A DNA stretch of 64,000 nucleotides from Octopus sinensis (taxonomy: Eukaryota). Each line of letters starts with the position of its first letter. The first letter of the stretch is position 1. Shown one piece after another: positions 26,652 through 40,739 of this stretch. The notes under the pieces are model-generated. The model saw only the letters and a list, made by a program, of their open reading frames with translations, was not told the DNA's origin and did no database searches. The translations under genes were made by a program, and so were the position numbers. Location: the NCBI RefSeq assembly GCF_006345805.1, contig NC_043000.1:67580001-67644000 (forward strand), read 5' to 3'.

Positions 26652-27509
26652 CATATACATATATACATATATATATCTTTATATATATATATATATATAT
26701 ATGCCAGATATCAATATATATACAGTGAAATATAAATGACTCCATGAAAAAATTGGATTTAACAAATTACTTGACATTTCTTTTGTATTTCTCCGTAAGG
26801 ACGCAAAAGATTCTGTAAAGATGTCGTTGATAAAGACGTTTTTTTTTTGTTTTTTTTTTTTACAAAGATCATTTGGATGAGTGATGTTCAATAAAAGACA
26901 TATTCACAAATGTTAACCTGAAAAACAATCAAGATACTAACTTGTTTAGAACGACAAATATCAGCGTGTATTATGTGTATCTGTAAACTCCTTAAGCGTT
27001 ATTGTACGTAATAGTTATTTGTATATACCATGTTTTTGTACACATTTGTATATGCAGGAATCAATTTGTTTGTCTGAGATACATTCATGCATGAATGACA
27101 ATGAACACAAGTATAAAAATATAACTAATTATTCTAGAATAACTATTCTAGCAAGTAGAGACCATTTTTTTGAAAGACTATAGATTTATAACGTGCAAAT
27201 CCTTCAATCAAGTTTGATAAATATTAAGTTTGGGGCAACAAATCGAATCAAACGAAATGTCATATCCATATCGTCATGTCATAAACCCGAACAGAATTAA
27301 AATAATTATATTCATTAAATGATTACAAAACTCTATATTAATCATATTAACGCATTCTAACACAACTGTATTCCTCACCTCTGGCCATTAATGAAACATT
27401 TCTATATTACAAGTAATTAAGAACAAATTATATAAGTCTTGGGGTTACTTACAGAAAGAAATTGTAATTGTAAATTTCAGAGAGAATTGTGTAGCAATTC
27501 TCAAGTGCC

Positions 27510-27568
<59 letters not shown>

Positions 27569-28018
27569 TCTTTTACTCTTTTACTCTTTTACTCTTTTAC
27601 TTGTTTCAGCCATCCGGCTGAGGCCATGCTGGGGCACCGCCCTTGTGCTGGGGCACCGCCCTTGCTAAAAAGGAGTATATATAAAGGAGTATTAAAAACT
27701 CTTTAGACATGGCAACGGTCATTGCTACCAAACATATACAAAGTAATTAAAGGTCACTGTGTGCGTGTGAGTGTGTGTGTATGTGTGTGTGTAAGTCTTA
27801 ATGGCTAAATGAATATATGTTACATTGAATATTTTGATATAATTATTGAGAAATAGAACAATAATAAAAGATAGATATAGGTATATTTCAAAAATCACTG
27901 ATTCAATCTGCCCGGCTATCATTATCAATGGTCTAAACACATTCACACATAGACGCGTGTGTATGTGAGTGTGCATGTGCGTTCGTGCGTTCGTGCGTGT
28001 ATCTGTGTGTGTGTGTGT

Positions 28019-28059
<41 letters not shown>

Positions 28060-28824
28060 TGTGTGTGTGCGTGCGTGCGTGCGTGCGCACACGCATCACG
28101 TCTGTGTGAAAGTGCCACGTCGGTGTGTGAAAAGAAAAAAATTATATTAAGTTATATCGGATTCGATTAAAAATAAAATGTTTGAAATGTTATATTTGAG
28201 GCAGATATGTATGTTAATTGAGGGAGGACATTAATGTGAATGTCATTCTTTAATTAATGTGTATAATTATGGAAACGGGTATGTTTCAAAACTTGTTTAT
28301 GTGAACCCATTATTGTGAACCATTATATTGATCGGTGTAGATGACATGAAACGTCTTACGAAAATTCATTTGTGTACATGCATAACACTTTTATAAATGC
28401 ATAATACTGAGAAATGTTTATATATACATACATACAAAATTTCTTGCATATGCACATATATAAAACAAACAAGTTTATATGTGCGTTTGTGTGTGTGTGA
28501 GTGTAAGTGAGTAAGTGTGTGTGTGTGTGTGTGCGTGTGTGTGTGTGTTTGTATGTGTGCGTGTGTGTGTGTGTGTGTGTGTGAATATATGTATGTATGT
28601 ATATAATGTCCGTACTAAAATTTGTGTGTTAAAGACATTGTAACTGTAACTTTTGTCGTGAATCAAACCAACTTTCTGGTTATATATGTGTGTGTATGTG
28701 TGCGCGTGTGTGTGTGTGTGAGTGTGAGTGTGTGTGTGTGTGAGTGTACGTGCACTATATATGTATTTGTTGGTGTTTGTTTACTCCTCTCTACTATATA
28801 TGATATTTTCTAAATACAAAAGCG

Positions 28825-28854
28825 TTACATATGTATATGTATATATATGTATAT

Positions 28855-28901
<47 letters not shown>

Positions 28902-29266
28902 ATATATATGTATGTATATATATATACATGTATGTATGTATATATACATAAGTATATATATATATGTGTGTGTATATATATATTTATACATATATATATA
29001 CATACATACATACATACATATATACATGTATGTATATATGTATGTATGTATATATATTTGTATATATATACACGCACACATACATACACACACACATATA
29101 TGTGCATGTATACATGTGTGAACGTATGTACACACACATATAGATTTATATATACGTGTGTATATATATATATATATGCATGTATATATATACGCACATA
29201 CATATACATATACATATATACATATATATACATACTATATATACATATATATATACATACATATAC

Positions 29267-29297
<31 letters not shown>

Positions 29298-29575
29298 CAC
29301 ATATACATATACATATACATACACACACTCATATATATACATATATATATACATACACATACACACACATATATATATATACATATACATATATATACAT
29401 ATATACATATATACATGCCATATATACATATATATACATATATATATATACATATACATATATATATATATACATATACACACACATATATATAGATATG
29501 TACATGTATATAAATGTGTGTGTGTGTGGGTGGGTGGGTGTGTGTGTGTGAGTGTGTGTGTGTGTTTATGTGTGT
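28825..29575. repeat. Complex (TA)/(CATA)/(TG) low-complexity tract
   Basis: About 750 bp of mixed di- and tetranucleotide repeats. Confidence 0.95.
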
Positions 29576-29859
29576 TTCAATGATGGCACACAATTAACAA
29601 ATGAGAATAGAAATAAGTGATGAGGAGATCCAGGTTATGTTAATTAATGGACTATGATAAGGTCTGTCCCTTTTTTCAGAGATAAAGGTTGACTTGTTTG
29701 TCAATTTGAAAATTCCAATACATGACATCGAAATTTTCCACCTCAACATGATGGAAATTTTATTAACAAATATCAAATATGATCTTTTTCTAAATAAAAG
29801 AAGAATTAACTTTTGTTTGTATTCGTTTTGTCACACTGGATGTTTTATTCATATATTAT

Positions 29860-30165
29860 GTTTTGCTTGTTTCAGTCATTGGACTACAGCCATCCTGGGG
29901 CACCGCCCTGAATGGTTTAGTCGAAAAAATCAACCGCAGTACATTTAAAAAAAATTCTGGCGTTCATTCTAAGGATTCTCTTTTTGCTGTAACTTGTGGG
30001 GACATAAACAAGGTATCACCGGTTGTCAAGTGGTGAGCGACACATATACATAGATAGATATATTCACACACACACACACATACACACTTACACACCCACG
30101 CACACGCACACGCACACACACACATACATGCACACACACACACATCTATCTATCTATCTACCTAT

Positions 30166-30261
<96 letters not shown>

Positions 30262-30410
30262 ACAAGCGTCTTTCAGTTTTAGTTTACCAAATCAACTCAA
30301 AAGGCTTTGGTCAGCCCAAGGCAATAGTAAAAGACATTTACCCAAGCTGCCATGGATTGGAACTGGAGCCGGGACCATGTGGTTTGGAAACAAACTTCTT
30401 ACCACACAGT
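29860..30410 (-). mobile_element. SINE family B with expanded internal microsatellite
   Basis: Same blocks as 7390-7812. Confidence 0.8.
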
Positions 30411-30448
30411 TATATCTCTGTCTATTTATTAATATCATTATTTCTATT

Positions 30449-30663
30449 CGGGTGACGAGCTGACAGAATCGTTAGTAGGCCGGGCAAAATGTTCACCGGT
30501 GTTTCGTCCGTCTTCACGTTCTGAGTTCAAGCTTCGCCGAGATCAACTTTGTCTTTCATCCTTTCGGGCCGATAAATAAGTACCAATTGAGTACTGAGTC
30601 CGATATAATCGACTTGCTTCCTACCCCGAAATTACTGGCAGTGTGCCATAATTTGAAACCAAT
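30449..30663 (+). mobile_element. SINE family A
   Basis: Head, core and tail homologous to 6800-7012. Confidence 0.85.
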
Positions 30664-30677
30664 GTTATTATTTCGTA

Positions 30678-30990
30678 AGCAGGCGAGACAAATTGCTTTC
30701 TGTTCTGAGTTCAAATTTTAGTCAGGTCGATTTTGTTTGAACCTTTTGGGATAGATGAAATAAATACTTACTTCTTTACTACCCACAAGGTAGGACAGAC
30801 AAACAGATTAAGTCGATTATATCGACCCCAGTGCGTAACTGGTACTTATTTAATCGACCCCGAAAGTATGAAAGGCAAAGTTGGCCTCGGCGGAAAATAG
30901 ATGAAATAAATACCAGTTGAGGGATGGGGTCGATGTAGTCGACTATCCCCCATCTCCCAACATTTCATGCCTTGTTCCTATTACAGAATG
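30678..30990 (+). mobile_element. SINE family A interrupted by an antisense, 5'-truncated Tx1-tailed SINE (30768-30896)
   Basis: 17-bp TSD atagatgaaataaatac at 30751-30767 and 30897-30913 brackets a minus-strand core plus tail. Confidence 0.8.
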
Positions 30991-31266
30991 GACTTTTTCA
31001 AATGTGTTTCTTTCGCACGTGTATTGACAATGAATAGTGTATTATTACACAGAATACATTGGTTTGTGAGAACACAAATTCTGAGTATTAATTTCAAATT
31101 ATGGTTGAAATAGTTGTGCCAAGAAGATATCACTGGATCGTTATAACGTTATGGTTTATACAAGAAAACTTACAACTCGATTACTTTTCATGTAAATTCT
31201 TGATTGTATTAATTAATAATGAAAAAATTTTTAGTCATTAAAAAATGATACAGTTCTATATTTAAG

Positions 31267-31310
31267 ACACCTGATGAAGGCTGGAAGGTATATCAGCCGA
31301 AACGTGGTGT
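31267..31310 (+). ncRNA. Minimal type I hammerhead ribozyme (solo PLE-type), probably inactive
   Basis: acac-CTGATGA-a-ggctg..cagcc-GAA-acgt-G-gtgt; canonical core, but G at cleavage position 17. Confidence 0.7.
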
Positions 31311-32444
31311 TAACAACAAACAAGATGAGTACAAATATCCGTCAAATGTAAATAATGTAAATAATGTATTTAAAAAATGAGTTTATAAATCTGGCAGACT
31401 TCAACGAAAATGCTTGGTATCCACACACCATTTTAAAAATTTTGTTCGGACATTTGAACATTTGGTCATGTTTGGAATTTCTTTTATCACACAAATGTTT
31501 GATGAGATTGAACTTGGACTAAGCAACAACAACACAACCACAAATAAGTAGATCTCATCTCGGGTGAAAATGTATGCAATCCTTCTTCGTACATCTCCCT
31601 ACTCAATAGCATTGAACTAGCGAAGAAGCTGAATTCTTTTCGATCTTCAAATACCCTTTACCAGATATTCTTAACACTCTTAATTACTGTCAAAGCCGTC
31701 CTTTAACTGTGCACTTCAAGCTCTTCTTCCTATTTACATTTTTTTACACAGAGCAATTGTTTGGTCACCTAGAAATAACAAGCACGTCTCTAAATCACAT
31801 CATACTGTCTTAGACAATTACATTTTGGATAATGCCTTAGAAACAAAAAGGAAGTTTGGGATGTTTCGGTAAAATGTTTGTTCAATCAGGACTGACCTGG
31901 GACTAGATACCTGTAAATTATGACTGAATTCTTATCTTCATTTTGAAATAGTGGTCAAATCTTCCAAGTACTCACCGGACTTCATTTATTAAAGAATATA
32001 TTGTAAGCCTAAAGGATGCAGACACTATTATTCTTAAAGTCTTAAAACACGAACATCGCTAAACAATTATGTCATATCGGTGCCAATATACAATCATTCA
32101 TAATTACCACATGAATATTATCAGAAAAGAGTAAAATGTATTTCCTTCCATTGTTCAATGAACCATTTCTCTTTCTTTCGTACTTTGGTTCCTATTTGCT
32201 TTTTGTTCTTAAGTCCTCTTTTAGCAAATTTATTCTGACTCTTTGGCGTTATCTTCAATTTTCATGAGAAGGCCCCTATCTGGTCGCTTGGAATCCTAGA
32301 AATATGTATAATTCAAATCTCCCTTAATTTATTCTCAGCTTTGTTTACGAAACTAAGACCCACAGTGGAATATAGTTCTAGCAGCTGCAGCAATGTTACA
32401 ACTACAAATACAAGCATCCCTTAGCACGTAAAAAATAAGCTTTT

Positions 32445-32720
32445 CGATTAATTGGGGTGAAGTCACTCTCTAATACATTACAACCTCTCGTCTACAGACG
32501 TACACTCTCTTTATTCTGCCTTTTCTACCTCTGTTACAGTGGTTGCTGCTCCTCGGAGCAAAGTAGCCCTGTGTCATATGTACTCAGGCATTTTCAACTC
32601 ACTAGTCTCTCTTTTACTTATAACCCATATTATATTCCCCTACACTACGTTCTCCAATCTTTCTGCCCCAGAATATAGGTTTTCTGGAGTTCCAGCTGTT
32701 AATTCGAGTTGTACAATAAG
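32445..32720 (+). mobile_element. Decayed CR1/L2/Jockey-group LINE 3' fragment
   Basis: LIGVKSLSNTLQPLVYRRTLSLFCLFYLCYSGCCSSE resembles the post-RT C-terminus of such LINEs. Confidence 0.55.
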
Positions 32721-34154
32721 AATTTTAACTGGTCTCGGAGGGCAGGGAATGTCACGAGCACAAACCCTTCAAGCAGATCAAACCGCTACAACAAATATAT
32801 ATAAGGAAATGTTGTATATGATAGTCCCAGATATATTACATCTGAAAATCAGATTAAATCTGAAAATGATGGTCAACAACTTCGACCATAACCTTTAAAA
32901 TAAACGTCACTTTGATTCTTTTATCTTTTATGCAAACGGATCCTTTTGCAATTCTGTCTTAAAAGATAAAAAATAGGCAAGTATGAAACGGTAACTCCTC
33001 TGAGAGAAATAGGTATCCCAGTTCTAGCTTGCCAGAGTTTCTAAAATGGAAAGTATGAACAACGACACTCCTTTAATAAATGTTGAATTACTTTCTTCCT
33101 TTGGTGATTGTCAACGAGATACTGAAAACCTTCCTTCACAAACAATGTATTCTTCTATAATCGAGCATGATGAAACGCATATTGCTCTATTTTACTTTTA
33201 AACAAGAAAACTTTCAGAGAAAACGTTCATAGAAAATTGCCCGAATCCGAAGCAACTGTTAACGCCTCAGTTTCCTCCTCTTCGTCAAATATTCTTTTAT
33301 TATATTTAATACATCATGTATGCGACAAATGTTTCATTTTGTCTTCGAGTATTTTCTAATTAAGCGTTTTGTCAATTAACAACACACTGATCCTCACCAG
33401 AAATATAATTCTTCTAGTAATTCCGGCATTTATTGTATCATTTAAAGGAGTTGATAATATGGTAATCAAATTCACCAGAACGAAATCTAACTGATTTAAG
33501 AACAGAAAAATACTAGACTAAAAGACCTTATCACAATCCCACACTATCCATAAATTTCTTACAATTTAAGGTAGTCTCTAACATGCACAAGAACTAATTG
33601 TCGCCAACGATAACATTCATAAATTTTATATTCCATAATTTTAATGTCTCTTCAACTTCAGGATTACTATGGATTACTGTTCTAATATCTAAGCTGGTGT
33701 CTTCTTTTTGTTTGCCACAATCTCAGACAGGTTTCAGAAATAACGTCACCAGTTGGATTACTAAACTCTACTTTGCAGAGGGCCTTTAATTTATTGACTG
33801 CTATTAGCAATTGATACCCATGAGCATCTTCAAATCTGATATTATTTTTGTTGCACCTATTTCCCGCTTTGTTTATTGTACATGCACCTCTACTTTCTAT
33901 TGCTTATTTCATCACTTTATACACAGTACACCACCTCATTTCAACGATGGATACCGTATTTCTATTAATATACCCTCTAAATATAATAATTTACAAATAC
34001 TCAAGCTCCAAATTAACACGAGAAATTTCATTTGACCAGCAAGCCAACTGATCCGAGAATTTCTTTCACTAAATATGCTTCCTTAAACAAAACTATAAAA
34101 GAAGGTCGTCTAATTTCTTTTTACGATAATTTCTTTGATTTTTTAAAAATCTTT

Positions 34155-34472
34155 TATCCTTCAGGGTTTTAGTCGAACAAATCGACCTCAGTTCTTATTT
34201 TTAAATCTGATACTTATTCTTTCGGTCTTTTTTGCCTAACCACTAAGTTGCTGGGACGTACAAAAACGAACATCAGCTGTCAAGAGGTGGTGGAGGATAA
34301 ACACAAACACACATGGATATGTATACGACGGGCTTCCACATAGTTTCTGTCTACCAAAGATCAACTCGGGTCTGTAATAGAAGACACTTGCCCAAAGTAC
34401 AGAGCAATGGGACTGAACCGAAAACCACGTGATTGCGAAGCGAGCCTCTTAGCTATACAACCACACCTGTAC
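34155..34472 (-). mobile_element. SINE family B
   Basis: Homologous to 7390-7812. Confidence 0.8.
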
Positions 34473-34510
34473 GTATATATCTTTTTCTTTTTAATATATT
34501 TTGCAATCTA

Positions 34511-36940
34511 AGGCGGCGAGGTGGCAGAAACGTTAGCACATCGGGCGAAATGCTTAGCGGTATTTCGTACGTCTGTTATTGAAAATTTATTATTGGAGTG
34601 TGTTCGTAAGTTTCTGTTAATTGTTATATCTCTTGTTGTGCCCATTGTTGGACTTATTGTGAAAAACAATGGAAGTATAGTTTTCTTTCGAAAGCTATCT
34701 GTGGTTTTCCTTTGAGGGGGAAAACATTAATTGCCGGCAAGATGCCAAAAAGTGTGTCTTCGTCGGGTGATGAATCATCGATTGAACGGGAAGCAAGGAA
34801 AATAGAAAGTTTAATTTTTGACAACGTTTCTGATGTGTCGGAAAGCGAATTCCCGGTATTACCAAAAGTTACGAACACCAAAAGAAATATAGAAGAAATG
34901 ACCACCCAAAATGAAGATAGGAAAAGTTTTGCGTCAGCAGCTGGTAGTGGAATGCAACAGCTGTCAACTGACAAAAAAGAATTACTAAAATACAAAGATA
35001 TGATAACAGAACGAGATGGAGTAGTAAAAGTAGAAATACCAAAAGAAGAATTAACGGAGGAAAAAAGAAAATTATTATTTTTAAGACATTCTGCTTAAAA
35101 GCTCGTAAAATTGATAAGATATGTGAGCAAAAAATTGAAAAATGTCTAAAACCTGTCTGGCAGGACATTACATATCTAGCCAGAGGGAAGAAGTTTGGAA
35201 CCATCGTGGTGAAGTTCAAGAATGCAGAAACGGCACAAAAACACTCGGTAAAATCTTTAGAGTCGGAAGACACAATGTTAATCCCAATTTACATGGGAAT
35301 GAGAACATCCAAGGTGATAATAACAAGAATTCTACCCGGAGTAAACTCTATGCGCTTGATGGCGGCAGTCCTGGCAAACAGAGAAGATAATATTAACCTC
35401 CTGCAGGCTACCGTCACAGAGAATACCTATTGGACTGGTCAAACGCTTAACCTCATACTGCAGGCTGACCAAAAAGTTTTAGAACAGCTCCCAGAAATCG
35501 TGGATGTAGAGGAGGAAGTTCTAAATATTTTTGTTGAAGGGCGTAAGCCCCGATATTTCCAGTGTGGCCAACTGGGTCGCATTAAAAAATATTGTAAAGA
35601 AGGTGTAGAAGAATCAGACGGTGAGGAGGAAGAAAGAGAGAGAGAGAAACTGAAGGAAAAATAAACAACAAAAGGAAAATGGAAGGCTCGAACCAGCAAA
35701 AACCATAGCGAGCCGAGACCAAAAAAAAACATCCAAGAGAGACAGACCGAGGATGGTGGAGGGATGACGAACAGAGAAATAGCTACACTACACAGCAACA
35801 ACCAAGACTTAATGCGTGAGATAAAAACCAAAAAATCAGCAACTAGATTAATTGAACTGTCAGATAAATATAAAGCCCTCTTGCTACTCATGCACTCGGG
35901 CAACGCCAGCGGTGGGGGTTCCACACGGATTTTACATAGTGGGTTGGTAGAATCTGAATGCGACGATGGCCTGGAGACGACTCTAGGCCTGGGGTTTATT
36001 TAACTGGACAGCCTGTTTCACCGTACATTCGGGTTGAGAACGTTGGACAATTTCCAAAAGTCCTTAACCTGGCAATGCTACAGAGGTGCCTTACCCGTTT
36101 GGGATAAGCTCACAAGACACGGTAAGCGTCAGTCGCCGACCTGTCCAAGATGCGCGGGTGGGGGCAGGGAAACCGTCCCTCACGCTATTGTTCAGTGTCC
36201 GGAGATAACTGAAATGTGGGCTTATGCTGAACACCTGTTGTCCAGCGAAGGAAGAGTACAGCTATCGACTAAGTCAATTATAAAAATTGACTCACCAGGA
36301 GTTCTAACGAACGAAGGTAAGAATTGTTTTCTCACGGTTGTAGCAATAGCGAAAGAGGCAATATAGATGACTAGGACAGGCAACTTTATCTCTGGTCACA
36401 ATTTACGATCATTTTTTTCTTTTCATTTGAAAAGGAATTTGTGGCTGGAGAAGAGATGTCTATCGGAGTGTACGTTCCAAAAGAGATGGAAGCATGTTGC
36501 ACAAGTGTTGTGCGTGCAAGGAACCGTATGAATAGACGGGAAAAAAAGAACAAAAAAGGTACCAGCGGTAGATCGGGGCTTGTGAGGTCGGAGCGTGGCC
36601 TGATCATCGCTTAATTTATGTTGTCTTTGTATTGTTAATTTCATTCGATTTTTTATATTGTATTTAAATTTTTAAAGTCACATTATATGTAAAATCATGT
36701 TGCTTTACTGATCCCATCAGTTGTTTTGTCCATTTCTATGTTTGGCCTCCGGTGGGCAAGAAAGAAATTGGTATTTCGTCTGTTTTTACGTTCTGAGTTC
36801 AAATTCCGCCGAGGTCGACTTTGCCTTTCATCCTTTCGAGGTCGATAAATTAAGTACCAGTTGCGTACCGGGGTCGATCTAATTGACTGGCCCCCTTCCC
36901 TAAAAAATTCGGGCCTTGTGCCTAGAGTAGAAAAGAATAT
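34511..36940 (+). mobile_element. SINE family A split (head 34511-34568, body 36770-36940) by a LINE insertion
   Basis: The two halves rejoin into a complete SINE at the duplicated GGTATTTCGT. Confidence 0.88.
34569..36769 (+). mobile_element. Internally deleted Tx1/L1-clade LINE: ORF1 (zinc knuckle) plus ORF2 C-terminal Cys/His domain, lacking EN and RT
   Basis: ORF1 remnants 34712-35664 ending VEGRKPRYFQCGQLGRIKKYC; 36034-36366 NFQKSLTWQCYRGALP..CPRC..ETVPHAIVQC (zf-RVT-like); T-rich 3' UTR; 10-bp TSD GGTATTTCGT. Confidence 0.82.
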
Positions 36941-37664
36941 ATTTTGCAGTCTTTCTCGCTTTAATGTATTACTGGAACCACCGTATTACTTTCCCATACG
37001 CATATTTGAAGACGATGTGTGTCTTCTGATATCAATGTTTAGTTTTAAAGCTGATGAAGCAATAAACCACAAAACAGTAAAATCATAGGGACAGATTGCT
37101 TAGTATGATAGAGCTCGACATTAAGTTCTGGTCGTTTCTGATTTCTTGGATTATACTCAGCTGATTGATCTGAGTTAATTTTTAAGTGTATTTTGTGCGG
37201 TGAAATGAGCTGTCGAGTTCGTTCGCTATTTCAAAATATTAGAAAAAATTCCTTGAAAGTAGTTGACGAATGCCGTATTTTCTAATCTATAAAATAGCTA
37301 CAATATATAAAAAAAATTGTGTCCACAATTGTTAAAATAACACATTAGTAAACCACTAATATTCGTTGGTAGCGACGGAAGCAGTATAATTAGTACCGAA
37401 TATCAATATGCGTATATTACTTAACATGGATATTAAATACAGAGAAGTATCAGTATATAGTTTCTGCTTTTTTGCACTATACATTCGTATGAGATGCTTT
37501 CTCAAGACGAATACTGCAGTATTTTTGCTTTCTTACAGTATATCCACATTAAGTAAGATATAGAGATTGCTATCCAGTAACATGTTTTAATGGTAAATGT
37601 ATTGCAACTAATGCATCAGCACCTAATGAACGGTGTGTACAATCGGTATTTTTCGAATTAAAAT

Positions 37665-38150
37665 TTGATTTCAAATTTTGGCAGAAGGCCATCAATTTCC
37701 AATTACATCGACCCCAGTGTTCGACTGATACTTATTTTATCGACCCCGAAAGGATGCAAATCAAAATCGACCTCGGCGGAATACTTTTGAAATTAAAATT
37801 AAAAATGTAATGAAGGCGACGAAGTAGCTGGATCGTTAGCCCGCCGAGCAAAATGTTTATCGGCATTTCGTCTGTCTTTACGTCCTGAGTTCAGATTACC
37901 CCGAGGTCGACATTGCCTTTCATGTTTCTGAGATCGATAGAATAAGTACTAGTTGAGTGCTGGGGTTTATGCAATCGACTTACTCTCTTTCTGACTCTTT
38001 TGCCACAACTTTCTCTCACTCTTTCCTCCTGCCTCTTGCAGCTCACCTGCAACGGACCGGCGTCCCGTCCAGGTGGGGAACCCATACGCCAAGGAACCGG
38101 GAAACCGGCTCTAATGAGCCAGGCGTAGCTCGAGAAGGAACAAACAATTC
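37665..38150. mobile_element. Cluster of SINE fragments: family A on both strands, plus a V-domain-like SINE 3' part (37985-38150)
   Basis: Family A core on both strands; ctgcaacggaccggcgtcccgtccagg..gaaaccggc..tgagcc resembles the V-SINE core. Confidence 0.65.
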
Positions 38151-39819
38151 TAATACGTATACAATATTTCATAAATACACGTATACAATATTTCATTAAT
38201 ATTTTTAAAGTACACAAAGCCCGCAGCACTGATAAGATATATTTTATATTTCTGTTGGATATACAGCTAAAAACCCAATGCAGCTGACATAAGGTTTTGT
38301 TTTAATTTTATAACTTTTAATTAATGATAAACTGAGTCTCAAAAGCGAATTCGATGACACCACTAAATTAAGAATATGAGACGCTTTTGTTAATTTTGAA
38401 GTGTAGCCAAAGACAAGGTGTGACAATAATCCGAGCTCGCATCGGCCTGATCAGCCACAGCTGGACGCCCTACGACCCATCTTCTCTCGTGTGATGTCTT
38501 GGTCATCGTCGTTAACGGCGGGCGAACATTATTATGAAAAACAATAAAAGTAATAAATATAAAACTAGTAACTGCTTTAATTTTATTTTTATTATTTCGA
38601 TAATATCTCACATTACCATGATGTGCGAATGAGTACTGTCTCTTACAATACTTTATGTGATCACGCAAATATACTCACATTGCCTCAATATCCAACGAAA
38701 ACATAGATATTCAAGTTATTTCTCAGTAACCTGTCTAGATTTATTTCATGGCTTCAGTACAATATTTTGTGGTGTTTATGATGTCTTCGTTGATGTTGTT
38801 TTAATATGACTATCATTCAATAATGCTCATTTCTATTTCTCTCTCAATAGGTATATATAAATCACTCTTCGTTTGGCCATCTGAGGAGGATATGATTCGC
38901 GCTGCGGAGGTCTAATAAGAGCAAAACATTTCTCATCCTTTCACCAGTTAACTTTAAAGACAAGATCCACATCAATTATAATGTCTATGTTCTCAAAAAA
39001 AATTCAATCAACTGCCCTTACTGGAAATATTCCCCCTCTGTTTTCTTTTTATTATTATTATTTTTTTTTTAATTCATTTTTTTTATGTGAAGAAGGAGGG
39101 TATTTTAAACATTTCAAGAAGAGGTTTCTGTCAACTCACTATATTAAATATATTAAAGGTATCAATATTATTTACTCTATATTGTTTCTTAGTAACGATA
39201 GTTTGAACACATTTTAAAGGCGTAACCATCCAAGATTCCAGAAAAAATTATTAAATTGCGAGAAAAAGACAATAACAATTCAATGACAATATTATTTTAA
39301 TATTTTGTTAAGAATGAGAAACAACTTCGGTAATGTTTCGATCTTCTCTTCAGTAAAGTATTGACTTCACCTCAGTTACCAGAGTCGTAATGAGACACAA
39401 GTAGGCGGTAGAATTAGAATATCTTATAAAATATATCATTGAAGTAAATTACTCATATATGCCATTCGCATAATTATTTCCTTGTTGCATAATTATTTCT
39501 AATTGGATTTTTGATATTCACCGTATTGCTTATGTTAACACCATTTCTTATTACTAATTGAATACTTAGTTTCCTCATTACGTGCTTATATTTCTACAAG
39601 AAAATTCCACAAAACAAATTAATTTCTTGCGCTACTCATTTTGTTACTTCGATATAAATACGTAAACATTAATTAAAATTTAATATAAAGTCATTCACTA
39701 ACTCCTAAATCTTTATCTCAATGTGTTAATGTGGGAGCCTAAACGCTATCGTTCAACCCGCTTGAAGTAGCAGACAAGTCATTTTCAAATCACACTTCAC
39801 CGTCTTAAAACTAAATTAT

Positions 39820-40100
39820 ACATTTGATGAAATATACAATATTCTGAAAATAACGCGAGATATTTGCACAATTGGAGAAACTTTGAGCATAGTTCTGCTT
39901 GATCAGAGCTAAACTAGTATATGTGAGGAATACTTTATTGCTACGGCAATCACCAAGCCTCACAGTCCATGTTGCTACATGCACAATGACTCTTAATCAT
40001 CCCTAGACAACAAGACCCCATAACAGCATTGGACAACACTAGGCTGTTCATTCCAGATAAATATTTTAAACATATGCACACCCAAATTGTAGCATCATTA
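39820..40100 (+). repeat. Dispersed ~270-bp repeat, second copy at about 56670-56945
   Basis: Shared blocks gttctgcttgatcagagct, caagcctcacagtccatgttgctacatgcac and acagcattggacaacactag. Confidence 0.75.
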
Positions 40101-40739
40101 ATAGTGTGATTATGATTGATCTGGGACCATAGTATCAATGTTGAGTACACAGGAGTAGCACTTGTGTTTGGACTAAATTCATCGCTCTCAGTGATCAAGC
40201 AATTGTGTGTTTATGCGACCACTCGAACTGCTAGGACTATCATAAGTGCGACCATTGCCGAACTTCGCTTTGCAACGGCCTGATTTCAAGTTAAACCTTA
40301 CACTACGACCCCTTGAATGGCCCTTTGAGTAAATGACTTTCACTATAATCATGGAAAGGCTGAAACCTTGTGACGGAAATTTGGTTTGACAGAAACTTTG
40401 AAGTAGATCGGAGCAGATAGTTCCACTTTTAGTGAGGTAGAATTAATGCATTCTTCGCTTTTACGCCACGACCTGACTCTCGGGTGCTTTTAAAGGATTA
40501 CATTCTGCTGTAAGCATTTAACCAACTTTAAGAAAAACTTCTCAGGGGCCTTGAAATGAATCCTAGCTACTATTAAATATCCCTCGAATTATGCCACACC
40601 AGATTAAATAAGGATACATTTAACATCATAAACAAAACGACAGAATAGTCAAGGTTGAACCGCCTTTTGATCAAAGGTCTGCTCAATCATGGAGGGCCCG
40701 TGAACACACAATAACAACAACCACTACTATTAAACCAAT

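Noticed and set aside
26401-29593. Numerous YI/HT/CV-rich ORFs (also at 43.5-44.4 kb and 61.2-61.8 kb)
   Set aside because: Translations of TA/CA/TG microsatellites, not genes.
33040-34060. Short ORF fragments resembling decayed coding sequence
   Set aside because: No diagnostic motif could be identified by eye.
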